A stretch of 64,000 nt of DNA from Eledone cirrhosa (lineage: Eukaryota), in contig OZ024748.1 in the NCBI GenBank assembly GCA_964016885.1, positions 23,002,001 through 23,066,000 of the forward strand, given 5' to 3'. Position numbers and translations under genes: made by a program. The notes under the pieces are model-generated. The model did not search any database, was not told the DNA's origin, and was given only the letters and a program-made list of their open reading frames with translations. Of the stretch, positions 26,943 through 41,438 are shown piece after piece (the stretch's first letter is position 1; every line of letters starts with the position of its first letter).

Positions 26943-27536
26943 TCACCAGAGGTATAATATGGTCCATATTTTAGGTTACATCCTAGTAATTCTATATAGA
27001 CAATAAAGATAAATTACCTTCACAGGTTTCTCTATTTCATTTTTTTCTCATTTCCTTTTCACTTCTCATTCCCCCTCTCCTTATTTTCTGTATTATTTTG
27101 CCTCTCTCATTATTTCGTCTTCGTTCTTTACTGGACTCTTCCTTTCGTTATCACTTTTCTTTGCCTCTATCCTCTCTCATTCTTCTTCACATTTTTCTTC
27201 TTTGTTCTCGGCTAGATTCTTCAGTTTTCTATCAAATTTCTTTCGCTTTATCTTCAGTTTTCTTCCTTTTCATCTTTCTAAACCCCTCCACATCTTATTT
27301 TTTTCTATCAAAAATATTATCTTCTGCCTCTTTTGTCTTATTTATCGTTGATATTTCATTCGACATCCGTTCCATATCGACTCCTATTTGAAAAACCATC
27401 AGTTTCAATGTTGCTGCGTGATCGACACATTTTATCTTGTTCTTTTGTTAATTATCTTATTGAAAATATTTATTAATTAACACACGACTTTATTTATATA
27501 TTCTAAACGAATGAATAAATAATTAAACACACACAC

Positions 27537-27574
<38 letters not shown>

Positions 27575-27659
27575 ACACACACGCACGCACACACACACAT
27601 ATACGCACACGCACGCATACACACACACATACACATATATATATGTAAGCAAATGTAAT

Positions 27660-27790
27660 GGTTTCTTATATAGGCACAAGGCCAGCAATTTTGGGGGATG
27701 GGAAAGTCGATTAAATCGACCCCAGTGCGTGACTGGTACTTTATTTTATCGACCCCGTAAGGATGAGAGGCAAAGTTAACCTCGGCGGGA
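27660..27790 (-). mobile_element. SINE family A, 5'-truncated
   Basis: Homology to the other copies. Confidence 0.8.
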
Positions 27791-29185
27791 GATAAAAGAC
27801 AAAAAAAAAAAGAGAAACAAAAACAAAAACAAAAACAAAAACAAAAACAAAAAACAAAAACAAAAACACAAAAAAAGATTGGAATATTTTGTCTTATTGT
27901 CTGGCGTTTCTTCGTTTCCGGGGCCACATTATACTAATGAAAATGAAAATGGAGATGGTCTCCTTTAAAAAGAAAAAAAAAAATGAATAGGTTTTATTAC
28001 AGAACGAGTGTTTTTCTAGAATATGATATTAAGGAAGGAACGCGTTTTTCCTAGAAAATGAAATTATGAAGGAAGGAAAGTCTTCAATAATGATAGTAAA
28101 GTAAATATTGGATATTGAAGTCATGGCTAGATATTATAAAAGATTCACTGTAAGAAAAGCATGTCAAATTGTTGTGGAATTGTGCCAAAAGAAATGAACA
28201 CACGCAATTAGATTGATATGTTATCGAGCTTCTGTGCCTTTATGTCTTTCTGACTGATGAATTTGAACAATTAGTCAAAGACATTAGATCTGTTTATCAT
28301 TTGTGATAAATAATGAGGGACTAAAAAAAACTATTTAAAGATATTGAATCCGTTTATTCCTTGTATTAAAAATAGATAAAACTTTCTCTTTTCGCCTTGG
28401 GTAACACTTTCACCTATTGCTCTAGCGTAGAATACAAATACTCACCGTGACAGAATAATATTATAGATTTCTATGAAAATTTATTTAAAAGATTATCATA
28501 AAAATTGCAAAATAATCTTGCGGGCGAAACAATTTATCTATTATAGTATAAATAACGTGAGTGTGTATTTTAGACATGTCTCTCAATATACCTAGAAAGT
28601 CGTGTTTTCCTTGTTATTTCGTGTTTTTATAATCGCTACTTTTGTGATAATACTGTGGTATTTTAGCTACGATAATGTAGTAATTGTTATTTGTGAATCT
28701 ATACCAATAACATTTTTGAAAATAGAGATAAAAAAAGGTTTCCGCTAAGTTTCTAATTATGTATTTATCTGAAAGAAAACCTTAAAAACCCGGGGAAATT
28801 CATGTCATTAGCCCGCTTTATAACCAAATTATATGTAATATCATGAAAATTCCACATATTTCAAATATTACATTTTTATATAGATTTAATTTCGAATTAA
28901 ATATTAATTTCTAATTAGGCACAAGACAAGCAAATTTGGGGTTGAGCAAAGTTGATTAAATCGACATCAGTACTTCACTGGTATTTTATTTTATCAATGC
29001 TAAGGAAGAGAGAGGTGTTGAGTAATTGATACATACATACATACATACATGCATACATACATGCATACATACATACATACATACATACATACATACATAC
29101 ATGCATACATACATACATACATACATACATACATACATACATACATACATACATGCATGCATACATACATACATACATACATACA

Positions 29186-29216
<31 letters not shown>

Positions 29217-29822
29217 GTATATAAATATATAAGGAAATACAAAGTTTAAATGAAAAAGTTCTTTACTGATAAGGCCGTGATACATATTTCGATGATGACA
29301 GTGGCCATGGGATTCGGCGTAGTACCCAGTGCCATGATCTCATCAGACAGCTTCTCACATAATAAGGTTACAATCAAGGAGGTAATCCAAAATTGAAGTG
29401 GCAAGGGAATGGACAAACAGCGATGTTCATGAATCGAGGCTGTCTAAAGAGAGCAAGCATGGCAGTGGCTTCTACGCTGAATCGCGTAACCAATGTTGTC
29501 CTCGAAATATGTTTCACAGCCTTATCAATAAAGGACTTTATCATCTAAACTTTGTATTTCCTTATTCTAAAAATACCCCGTCAGAAAACGCGCGTTGAGT
29601 TCTTGAATTGAATTACATCAATATTTTTACAATATCAATATATGTATATATATATATATTGTTATACTTTGGGGGGGGGGGGGGGGGTCATGTTGCCAAT
29701 AAGAAACACACGCACCAGTTGCTTTCACTTCAATTTATTATAATAAATTTATAATAAATTTATAAATTTATAAATTTCTGGTTGGTTGGTTGGTTCCACA
29801 ACCAGATAGTTGTTTATATATT

Positions 29823-29865
29823 GTCATAGTTCTTTCGTCACACACTCTGTGACCTCTTCAGTGAC
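29823..29865 (-). ncRNA. Type I hammerhead ribozyme motif
   Basis: GUCA-CUGAAGA-G GUCACA GAGUG UGUGAC-GAAA-GAAC-UA-UGAC. Confidence 0.7.
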
Positions 29866-29993
29866 TGGGGATTCCTTTCTTTGTTTCTGTGCCTCTCCTT
29901 TGTTCTGTCCTACGCCACTCTCCCAAAGTATAACAATATCGGTTTCAACACACGATTTCAGATAAAGAATCTTGCTAAACAAATTCAGAAACG

Positions 29994-30083
<90 letters not shown>

Positions 30084-30410
30084 TTAACAATATTAACAAA
30101 GAAAGGACAAGACAACGAACGGAAACAAAACAAAACGAAAACATTTTTTTTAAGGTTTCCCCCTTAAAAAATTATTTAAAAAAAAAAATATCCTCACAAA
30201 GGACACAGAACTCCATTGTCATCGGCCGTGGAGATTGTCTTGGGCAGTTTCGACCCCTACCAACAGTACTGCTGGTACATTCGGAGTAAAGGAACCAAAT
30301 AAATATTTAAAAAAAGACTCCAGTTGCATTTTCGATTTCATCTTTTTTCCTTATACTTTCACTCGTGTAGGACATCTCGTTTTTTTTTCATTTTGTAAAA
30401 AAACCTCATT

Positions 30411-30498
<88 letters not shown>

Positions 30499-30500
<2 letters not shown>

Positions 30501-30660
30501 CTTCTACAGGACTAGAACTGTTTCATTCGTGAGAAATCATCAGGAAGCTCTGATGATTTCTCACGAATGAAACAGTTCTAGTCCTGTAGAAGCTCTTCTA
30601 TATTAAAACATTTATACTTTGCTATGTATTGAGTACCTTACTTACTGTGGTTACCCCCGA
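30499..30660 (+). mobile_element. Penelope-like relic with perfect fold-back and hammerhead core
   Basis: About 45-bp perfect inverted arms at 30499-30595; CTGATGA..GAAA core in the right arm; abuts (TA)n. Confidence 0.7.
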
Positions 30661-30776
30661 TATGATTCCAGTTCCTCAGTGAAATAACAACCCAACCAGG
30701 AACTGGGCATATCAGAGTATTGACAATATTATACACCTCAACAACATATGTACTTGTCTATACCATACTAATTCAA

Positions 30777-30831
30777 ACTGCCTGAAGAGGTCACAGCCAA
30801 AGATGGCTGTCACTGAAATATATATAGCAGT
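30777..30831 (+). ncRNA. Type I hammerhead ribozyme motif
   Basis: ACUGC-CUGAAGA-stem II (ACAGCCA AAGA UGGCUGU)-GAAA-UAUAUA-UA-GCAGU, followed by AATAAA. Confidence 0.75.
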
Positions 30832-31000
30832 AATAAACGAAGCTAAATTTTAATCACTTGACTTTTTATTTAACTTTATTTTACACTACTCCGGAGTAAC
30901 CAAACCAACCTGCGCACTTCGTCGAGTGCTCCAGCCTGCATATTGAGGTGTTGGTATACAACCAACATAAACTCAAAATATATATATATATATAAATTTA

Positions 31001-31086
<86 letters not shown>

Positions 31087-31138
31087 CATATACGCACACA
31101 CGCGCAAGCACGCACACACACACACACACACGCACGCA

Positions 31139-31210
<72 letters not shown>

Positions 31211-31254
31211 AACACACACACACAAACACACACACAAACACGCGCACACACACA

Positions 31255-31372
<118 letters not shown>

Positions 31373-32138
31373 TGCAGATGCCACAAGTATATTATTAACT
31401 TTAGCGAAGAAGAAAGCAAAGAAATAGAGAATGTCTATTTCTGAATATTATACATAGACATGTGAAGACAGCTTAAAGCAATTGACACGTGGAAAATTAA
31501 ATCTGATTATACATATACATATTTTATATATTTAGCATTCCTTATCGCATATACATGTCTTCAGGAATGTTAAGTGGGAAGGAATGGACCTCCGTCTATT
31601 TTCACGATGAGTATTCAATCAACGGATCAGCCTGCTCATGAAATTAACATGCAAAATAGCTGAGAACTTCACAGACACGTGTACCCTTCACATAATTCTC
31701 AGATTTTCAGCATGGCACATTATATGACAAGGCTGGCCCTTTGAATTACAGGTACAGGGAGATATACTGTGACACAGTGTGACAGAGCTGACCCTTTGAA
31801 TTACAGGTACAGTACATCAGATTAGTTTTAAAGTAATTTCCGTCTGTCCAATTTCACTCACAATGCAGGGGTTGCCCCAAGAATAGGGTAAAGTGGGGGT
31901 ATGAGGCTATCTAGTTAACATGAGTAAAGATCGTTAAAATAGCGATAGACAGAAGAAAACACTCACACACACACATACGTATATACATGTGCACACACAC
32001 AATCCTACGTGTGTGTTTGTGTGTGTGCTGCGTCGGTGTTTTAATATATGTTATTCAGTTGAAAGATATTCTCGGAAATCTGGGCTACAATATTTGTATG
32101 CAACAACATGTGATAAGTTCTCCAAATTAGGTATTACT

Positions 32139-32285
32139 TGACCTTTGTGGAGGTTCAACAACTGATAAGTCTCCACGTGACCTTTGTAGAGGTTTGGCAA
32201 CTGATAACTCTCCAAGTGACCTTTGTAGAGGCTTAGTGGCTGAAAAGTCTCCAAGTGACCTTTGTCGAAGTTTAATAATTGATAA
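32139..32285. repeat. 39-bp tandem repeat, about 4 diverged copies
   Basis: TGACCTTTGT recurs at 32139, 32178, 32217 and 32256. Confidence 0.85.
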
Positions 32286-32510
32286 TCAAGTATTTTCTGG
32301 ATCTAACGAGGAATCCTGCTCTCAGTAACAATATGATATACGGGCCTTCGTCATGAACGATTGTCATTGTTGCAGGGCTTAGCTTGGAGGGTGAATTTAT
32401 ACATTTTAGTCGTGTTATTCCTGGTTACTGCCTGTGATGTACCAAACTCTTTCTTAAAGATGTCCAATGGTTTTACGATTATTACATACAATTATTATGA
32501 TTAATATTGT

Positions 32511-32700
32511 AGGGCGGTGGATTGGCAGTATCGGTAGAGGGTCGGACGCCATGCTTTCCAGCATAGTTACGTCCCTTTACGATCTGAGTTCAAATCCCGC
32601 CGAGGTTGACTTTGCCTTTCATCCTTACGGGGTCGATAAAATAAAGTACCAGTAATGCACTGGGTATTTGCTGGCCTTGTGCCTAAAGTAGAAACAATTA
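32511..32700 (+). mobile_element. SINE family A, full length with TSD
   Basis: 17-bp TSD ATTATGATTAATATTGT at 32494-32510 and 32697-32713. Confidence 0.9.
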
Positions 32701-32779
32701 TGATTAATATTGTTATCTATATTAATTTGATATCTCAATCATTGGTGTTATTGAATCGGAAAATTTGCCCTGATGAACA

Positions 32780-33755
32780 TCAAGCCACTACCTACAGGAG
32801 GGTCCTTGCTGTTCCCTGCAGGCATGTCTTTTGAAGTGTTCCAAAAAAAGCGGCTGGATTAATCTTCTTTGACCATAAATAATAGAATTTACTGTACTTA
32901 TGACATTTCTACTGTTCAGATGTGATTTTAGTAAGTTTCTTACTCTCCTTATGTATTTAGATATTAGCATCTCCTTCATTTTATTGTTCTAGATGTTACC
33001 TGTCTCCAGAACACCCGAATACCTATATCCCTCTTCGATGTTGATCTTCTTTATCATCTCACCCGTTGGAACCTCGATTCATTTGCTTCTCTTCATCATT
33101 AGGACTCCACACTTATTAACACCAAATTCCAACCATATATCATTTTTAACAGTCTCAATCCACCCGGCTCAACTGTTATGCTCAACATCCTGTTCCCATA
33201 TCTCTCTCCAAAATGTGTTGGTCCGTTCAGCCTCAGAAATAACATCGTTGCCGCTAACTTCCCTTCAAGTTGTTCAAATATCATCTTCTGGTTGTTGTCA
33301 AACCTAACTCTACTCTCATATCATTTAATTTTTGCACTTTTGACTATGGCATGTGCTTTAGTTCCTCTATTATAACATTTAGCCATTTCCCTTTGTATTG
33401 TACGTCCTTGTCAATCTGTCCTTAGTATCTATGTTTTGTAATGTCCCGTTTAATAAAGACTCAAGTTTGCTCTTTCTTATTTCCTTGATTTGACCATTCC
33501 ACCACTTCTTCCACCAACGTTCTGTCTTTTCTTGTCTGTTTTCCCTTGTTTTGATACCAAGAAATTTTTTTCACCATATTTGCGGTTGCTTTGAAGATGT
33601 TGCATTGTTGAAGATTCTTCACCTCAAGGTATGGGATGACCCTGTTTACCTGAGCTTTTGTTTCTTTTAACTTTTTTTGTCTACAAATCTTAGCTTCATA
33701 GGTTTTCCACTATCATTATTCATTTCATCCATCATTAAATTCAGAATATCAACAA
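32780..33755 (-). mobile_element. Internally deleted, decayed Dong/R4-like LINE
   Basis: KEMLISKYIRRVRNLLKSHLNSRNVISTVNS and the 3' end match the element at 47044-48969. Confidence 0.8.
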
Positions 33756-33758
33756 AAT

Positions 33759-34141
33759 CTTCTTCTTCTTCTTCTTCTTCTTCTTCTTCTTCTTCTTCTT
33801 CTTCTTCTTCTTCTTCTTCTTCTTCTTCTTCTTCTTCTTCTTCTTCTTCTTCTTCTTCTCCCCCCCCCCCCCCCCCCTCCTCCTCCTCCTCCTCCTTCTT
33901 CTTCTTCTTCTTCTTCTTCTTCTTCTTCTTCTTCTTCTTCTTCTTCTTCTTCTTCTTCTTCTTCTTCTTCTTCTTCTTCTTCTTCTTCTTCTAGAGAATT
34001 AAATCGAAAGATATTTTCATGGAGCTACAAGAGATCTCCCGAAGATCTTTCTATCTTGTCCTATCTCCTGAGAGTTGGTTGGTTAAAGGGTTGATAAGGC
34101 CACGACGCGAATGTTCCTTTTTTGGCGCCTTCATGTCACCG

Positions 34142-34223
<82 letters not shown>
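33759..34223. repeat. (TTC)n and (GA)n microsatellites separated by a 150-bp unique spacer
   Basis: Direct reading. Confidence 0.95.
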
Positions 34224-34226
<3 letters not shown>

Positions 34227-34479
34227 GTATGATGAATCTGAAGAATAAGTAGTTGACTAATAACGCAAGGTATTCTTCCCGATGCTTTAATGTATTTGTC
34301 AATTTGCCGCCTCCTGCCAAAGATAAAATACATCATTGTTGTTATTTATCATTATTCTTTTTTTACTCCCAAAGATAAAACTAACGATAGACTAGCAACA
34401 ACAATACAAGTGCAAATATCTGGATACAATATTTACAAAAGGAAGTGGGTACTCCACCAAATCTACTCATAGACAAATA

Positions 34480-35210
34480 TCAAAATCAAATGAAATATAA
34501 AAAAAAACTTAAAGAAAAAATAGAAGACATAAGAAAAAATCTCTCAATTCTTAAGGAAATAATCAATACCAAAAAGATGAAGAAATAAAGGAAAAACAAA
34601 TTCTAAGAAATAAACTATAATAAACAAAGAAACACTCCAAGTCAAAGAACGCACGAGAGAGGAGATTCTTGCTAAATTGCAAAGAATCTGCCGTTAAGAA
34701 AAGAGACAACTATTCTTTGAACAAAACAAACACTTCGACTCCAGTGTTATACGATTTTATATATAACTAGGCAAGGATGAAGTAAAAACCAATACAGCGC
34801 CAATAGCAGAGAAATGGAAGAATCTAGAAGGAGGAGTTTGGACAGTGTCAGGCTCACCACGGACAAGAATAGTCAAAATAAATAGCGTACCATATGAACA
34901 ATGGTGGGTAGGCAAATCTACTGAAGAAATAAGCCAAGTTTTAGGAAAGAATCGAACTCTTCGAATGTACTGGAAAGTGACATAGTTCTGTAATATTTAT
35001 AGAATCTGTCAATTCACCGCTCAAGTTAACAAAGAAGCGCCTATGTGTCCACCATGTTTGTTAGAAACAAAGGTTGAATTTCTCGTGAATTACACCCGAC
35101 TGTCTTAATCCCTCCCCTACTAAAACAAAAACAAAAAAAACGAAACGAAAAAAAAACAAAAAAAAAAACAACCACAATACCCCCAAAATGCAGGACATTG
35201 GATAATGTAT
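34480..35210 (+). mobile_element. Highly decayed Dong/R4-like LINE, pre-RT region
   Basis: Broken frame AKLQRICR*EKRQLFFEQNKHF resembles the pre-RT segment of the other R4/Dong copies. Confidence 0.5.
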
Positions 35211-35235
35211 TTCTGGATACGTTATCTGAATACAC

Positions 35236-35500
35236 GAAGGCGCATGGCTTAGTGGTTAGAGCGTCGGGCTTACAATCGTGAGGTTATGAGTTCGATTCTC
35301 GGACTGAGTTTGCGTTGTGTTCTTGAGCAAGTCATTTTATTTCACATTGCTCCAGTTTACTCATCTGTAGAAATGTATCGGCCATTGCCTTTCCCTTGGA
35401 CAATATCGGTGGCGTAGAGAAGGGAGACTGTTATGCATGGGCGACTGCTGGTCTTCCACAAACAAACTTACCAGGACTTGTGCCTCAGAGGAGGTCTTTA
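35236..35500 (+). mobile_element. tRNA-derived SINE family B (CORE-like centre)
   Basis: A box TGGCTTAGTGG, B box GAGTTCGATTC, then TTCTTGAGCAAGTCATTT. Confidence 0.8.
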
Positions 35501-35614
35501 CCCTTTTTTTTTGTCTGAATACAAGATGGTATAACTGCAGTTTGAGCGTGTTGATCGTAGGTCGGTGGATCAGGGCTAGAAAACAAGTATCCACCGATAA
35601 ACTGACAATAACAA

Positions 35615-35800
35615 TGATCTTTAACATAGACACAAGACCAGTCATTTATAAGGAGCAGAAAGTTGATTCTATTTATGCTAGTATTTTACTGGTACTTTAT
35701 TTTATCGACTCCAGAAGAACGAAAGGCAAAGTTGATCTCGTTTGGATTTGAACTCAGAACGTAAAGGGCCGTAACTAAATGTCACAAAGTCTTGTAGCCG
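35615..35800 (-). mobile_element. Diverged SINE family A copy
   Basis: Homology to the other copies. Confidence 0.75.
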
Positions 35801-36609
35801 ATTAGAAAGGAGAGGGAGGGTGCTGAATTTCCATGAGAACTATGTTAAGGGCACACATATCTGTGGAATGCTTAGCCACTTTCACATTAATTACATTCGC
35901 AAGCTGTTCAGTTGATCGAACAACAAGAACACTCATCGTCGAAAGCGACGGAGGTCCATCGACATAATGTCTAAACATTAAAGTGGTGGGAGTGTTAGAA
36001 TGGTGGGAGGTGAAGGTCTAGAAGGAGGAAGAAGTAGAAAGACGGTTATGAAGCAGAGGGGAATAAGGGGGGGAGGGTATGAGGAGGAAAAGCATGAGAA
36101 GGAAGAAGGAGAGCTGAATGTCTTCGTCGGTAAACAAGCAAGGGAGATAAAAAAAGGGGTGGTGGTGGTGTAGTATGCGGTGAATGTGTTATCTAATTAA
36201 AATAAAGTAATGGTAACCATGGTAATGGTAATGGTAACCATGGTAACATTAGAAGCAGCAAGTTTACTATCCCAATCTTTATAGAATAATCAAGGTTATT
36301 CTATAAAGATTGGGATAGTAATAGTTTCATGTAAGAACTGACAAAGTATCAGCCATTAGCTATTGCATGTTTAGAGGAGATCATTAGATCTATAACGTAA
36401 TTACGAATTAGGTAACGATATCTGTTACGAGGGTGAAATCTACTAACTACAACTGGTAACAGAAATACGAAACACAATGGTGGCAGAAACAGTCTCCGGA
36501 AGATTACTCATATTTTACGCTTTCTTTGTATATATAACTATATATATATATAACAAGAGTACACATGTCTGTGGAATGCTCAGCCACTTGCGCGTTAATT
36601 TCACGAATT

Positions 36610-38555
36610 GGATGTTTGATAAAGTGCGTAGCTCGGTGATCAGAGAGTTACTCCAGGTAGAGCCACTACTTCTCCGAATTGAGAGATCACAGCTCAGATA
36701 TTACAGACATGTGGTTAGAATGTTTCAGGAAAGAATCACTGGAGTCACTCCAGGTAGAGCCACTACTTCTCCGAATTGAGAGATCACAGCTCAGATATTG
36801 CAGACATGTGGTTAGAATGTTTCAGGAAAGAATCACTGGAGTCACTCCAGGTAGAGCCACTACTTCTCCGAATTGAGAGATCACAGCTCAGATATTGCAG
36901 ACATGTGGTTAGAATGTTTCAGGAAAGAATCACTGGAGTCACTCCAGGTAGAGCCACTACTTCTCCGAATTGAGAGATCACAGCTCAGATATTACAGACA
37001 TGTTGTTAGAATGTTTCAGAAAAGAATCACTGGAGTCACTCCAGGTAGAGCCACTACTTCTCCGAATTGAGAGATCACAGCTCAGATATTGCAGACATGT
37101 GGTTAGAATGTTTCAGGAAAGAATCACTGGAGTCACTCCAGGTAGAGCCACTACTTCTCCGAATTGAGAGATCACAGCTCAGATATTACAGACATGTTGT
37201 TAGAATGTTTCAGAAAAGAATCACTGGAGTCACTCCAGGTAGAGCCACTACTTCTCCGAATTGAGAGATCACAGCTCAGATATTGCAGACATGTGGTTAG
37301 AATGTTTCAGAAAAGAATCACTGGAGTCACTCCAGGTAGAGCCACTACTTCTCCGAATTGAGAGATCACAGCTCAGATATTACAGACATGTGGTTAGAAT
37401 GTTTCAGAAAATAATCACTGGAGTCACTCCAGGTAGAGCCACTACTTCTCCGAATTGAGAGATCACAGCTCAGATATTACAGACATGTGGTTAGAATGTT
37501 TCAGAAAATAATCACTGGAGTCACTCCAGGTAGAGCCACTACTTCTCCGAATTGAGAGATCACAGCTCAGATATTACAGACATGTGGTTAGAATGTTTCA
37601 GAAAAGAATCACTGGAGTCACTCCAGGTAGAGCCACTACTTCTCAGAATTGAGAGATCACAGCTCAGATACTATGGACATGTGGTTAGAATGTTTCAGAA
37701 AAGAATCACTGGAGTCACTCCAGGTAGAGCCACTACTTCTCCGAATTGAGAGATCACAGCTCAGATATTGCAGACATGTGGTTAGAATGTTTCAGAAAAG
37801 AATCACTGGAGTCACTCCAGGTAGAGCCACTACTTCTCCGAATTGAGAGATCACAGCTCAGATATTACAGACATGTGGTTAGAATGTTTCAGAAAATAAT
37901 CACTGGAGTCACTCCAGGTAGAGCCACTACTTCTCCGAATTGAGAGATCACAGCTCAGATATTACAGACATGTGGTTAGAATGTTTCAGAAAATAATCAC
38001 TGGAGTCACTCCAGGTAGAGCCACTACTTCTCCGAATTGAGAGATCACAGCTCAGATATTACAGACATGTGGTTAGAATGTTTCAGAAAATAATCACTGG
38101 AGTCACTCCAGGTAGAGCCACTACTTCTCCGAATTGAGAGATCACAGCTCAGATATTGCAGACATGTGGTTAGAATGTTTCAGAAAAGAATCACTGGAGT
38201 CACTCCAGGTAGAGCCACTACTTCTCCGAATTGAGAGATCACAGCTCAGATATTACAGACATGTGGTTAGAATGTTTCAGAAAAGAATCACTGGAGTCAC
38301 TCCTTTTAGAGCCACTACTTCTCAGAATTGAGAGATCACAGCTCAGATACTATGGACATGTGGTTAGAATGTCTCAGGAAAGAATTGCTGGACAGATTTT
38401 TGGGGCGCAACCAACAGGCAAGAGACCCAGGCATAGACTCCGGGTAATATGGTTGGGTAACATCCTTAAGCTTGGCTGGTCACGCTTGGGAATCCGGCCA
38501 GATCAGTTGGAGACATTTGCTTCTGACAGGACCCGCTGGAAGGAGAGACCGAAAT
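36610..38555 (+). mobile_element. RTE-clade LINE 3' fragment with an internal 97-bp tandem amplification (about 18 units, 36651-38390)
   Basis: DKVRSSVIRELLQVEPLLLRIERSQLRYYGHVVRMSQERIA..PTGKRPR.R..W..DRTRW, typical of the RTE C-terminus. Confidence 0.9.
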
Positions 38556-38787
38556 AGCAATTCTAGACGGGATCACCAGATTCACAAGAGGATCTGTCAG
38601 ACAACAGTTTTTGTTGATTAGATATGAAATATTCGGTGGTTAGTTTGTTTATGGTAGACATTGTTTCCTTGTGTTTAAAGTGGTTTGTTTTGTGGTTGAG
38701 TAAATGTGTTTCTCTGGTGATTCTTGGTTGTTTTGCATTCCCGGTATTCCTTTACTATTATTCTGTTGTTGGGTAAGATTGTAGGAG

Positions 38788-38839
<52 letters not shown>

Positions 38840-39599
38840 CTCCTACAATCTTACCCAACAACAGAATAATATATATATATATATATTATATATATATAAT
38901 ACATACATACATGCATATATATATATGTATGCATTTAAGTATGTACGTGTATATATATATATATACTGTATATATACACATATATATAATATAATATACA
39001 TATATGCCTACATATATTATAGTTTAAATAATCATAGGTCTTTTTTTTGCATATTTTATTATCATAGTATATCCTTTGATTTCAATTTATCATTTGTTAT
39101 TTATATACATAATATATACTATGTTTCATATATTTTCCATATTAATGTTAAGTATTGACGCTAGCCCATCACAAGTATAAATGTTTGCAATAGAAACATT
39201 TACATGATACCATTATATAAATAAAGGAGTTTATGGATTCTTAAGCAAGGAAAACACATTTACTGTGATAATCATAAAAGGCCTAATGGAATAAATTGGA
39301 AACCCATACAAAGTTGGTGATTGGAATTATATATCGATTATTTAAAGAGAAGTATGAAATCAAGCAGTATTGTATAACGGGCCCTCTGGACCTTTTATCC
39401 CTATAGAACATTCTGAATAAGTGTCTACAGCTGTCTGAAGCAATGAATGTATGGAGCTGTTACTTACTATAATAAATTGCCATTACTCGGTGTGTGGTGA
39501 TTTAAAAGTCTTTTTTTCATGGATCAGCATGGTCGATATATATATATATATTTATAATATATATAAACAAAAATAAATACCTAAAATGTATTTCTTTCC

Positions 39600-39990
39600 C
39601 TCGTATTTAAAAATGTTATTAGGTGGTCTGAAGAAACATTGGGAAAACCAAATGAAGTGTCTCTTCATAAACTGTGCAGTTCCTGCCAAGATTCCTGAAG
39701 ACTCTCTGTAGATCAGAAGTAGTGGATGAGAATTGTCAATGAAGGTGATCAAAAGTTTGAAGGTGAATGCATTATACAACATAATGATCGAATGACAGCT
39801 AGACACCAATGTCAAATTCAGTCCTCCAACATTCATATTGTGGTCTTTTATCTATGTCCAGTTTGTCCCCGGAATTGTCTATCACATATCGGACTTACAA
39901 CACACCTGCGTGGTCATCAGAGGCCTGGTTGAGATAACTGAATGAGAGAAGCAGCATCACCATCAAATCAATAGACAGCCAGGAAAATTA
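39600..39990 (+). mobile_element. Decayed RTE-like LINE 3' end
   Basis: Terminal C2H2-like finger CPVCPRNCLSHIGLTTHLRGH. Confidence 0.6.
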
Positions 39991-40664
39991 TGGTAGAGCG
40001 TAAAAAAATGTTTCTCTACACTTAATGAAAATTGCGAGCAATTCAAATATTTATACCGTAAATTTCCAACTTCATAAGAAAACGTATGAAAAATGGCCAC
40101 GTTGAGGTTTATATGTCTCAAGTCGATTTAGAGACCTACATCTAGAGCTGTTGTTCGATGTTTTCTTTGAAAAGTTTTCAGATTACAAACAGTAAATTGA
40201 AATCCTGCTTGACAATGTTCGTCATATTGCGTACGTAGGTGAACTTTTCCCAGAAAACTATGGCTATTAAAATGAAGAAAAAAGTGATCGTGTCCCCAAG
40301 ACATTATTTTAAAGGCAGAAAGATACCAAGGCCAGTTGAACAGGATGAGTGTATCCCCAGGATATTATTTTAATAGAAGAAAGATACTAATGCTAGTGGG
40401 ATATAAGGATGAAGGTTGATTATGTTTGAGGTTTGAAACGATATGAGGCCTCATGTAAAAAACAACCCAACAAAACACTTGAATTCCAAACACACAAATG
40501 CATGTAAAGATGAACGTTTATTATCATTTAATAAATTATATTATAAAAATTATATTATAAAAATGTTTAAATGTTTTAAAATTCTTATTATTTTAAAATC
40601 TAATGTGATAAAAACTGACTGATGCCAAATTGCAGAAAGACCGCAGCTAAACACATTCGATAAA

Positions 40665-40856
40665 ATAAATAATAACAACAACAACAACAACAACAACAAC
40701 AATAATAATAATGATATCGACAACAACAATAACAACAACAATAACAACAATACTAATGACAATAGCAACAACAACAATAATAATGATATCAACAACAATA
40801 ATAACAACAACGACAATAACAACAACAACAATGATAATAACAACAATAACAACTTC

Positions 40857-40928
<72 letters not shown>
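40665..40928. repeat. (AAC/AAT)n microsatellite
   Basis: Direct reading. Confidence 0.95.
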
Positions 40929-41223
40929 AAAATAGAAAAAGCCTTCAAAATGCAGGTTATTGATATGTCTTTGGATATTTCCTTGGAGATGAAAGCAATT
41001 ACTTTAATCAAGCGTTCCGATGCTGTCAGTATCTGAAAGGCAATCTAGGGTCCAAAGCGTCAAAGAAGATATGCAACAGGACCTTGATGCTTTAGTCTTC
41101 TTCAAGGAATCGGGAGGGGGGTGATGTAGGCTGGGGGGTGGCGAGCAATTCATGTAAAGCGAACAACAAGCAGATAGTTCTCAATCAAACCACTTCCTTA
41201 GCAACATGTATTTAATGAACAGA

Positions 41224-41438
41224 ATGCGTGTGGCTGAGTGGTTAGAGAATTGGATTCGCAATCGTAAGGTTGTGAGTTCGATTCCTGGACCAGGTGATGC
41301 GTTATGTCCTTGAGCAAGACACTTTATTTCACGTTGCTCCTTCTATCTGGAGTTGCGACCGATAGATAGTATTAGCAATTGGAAAGACCAACGGAAACAT
41401 TGTTCCCTCGGTCCGATTTGACGAAAGTCGATCGTTCC
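41224..41438 (+). mobile_element. tRNA-derived SINE family B
   Basis: TGGCTGAGTGG A box, GAGTTCGATTCC B box; highly similar to 59623-59842; ends in (TA)n. Confidence 0.85.

Noticed and set aside
35236-35310. tRNA gene (also near 41224 and 59623)
   Set aside because: A and B boxes are present but no complete acceptor stem; each continues into a SINE body.
36679-38331. Family of tandem 65-aa small genes
   Set aside because: Artefact of a 97-bp repeat (not a multiple of 3) derived from RTE coding sequence.
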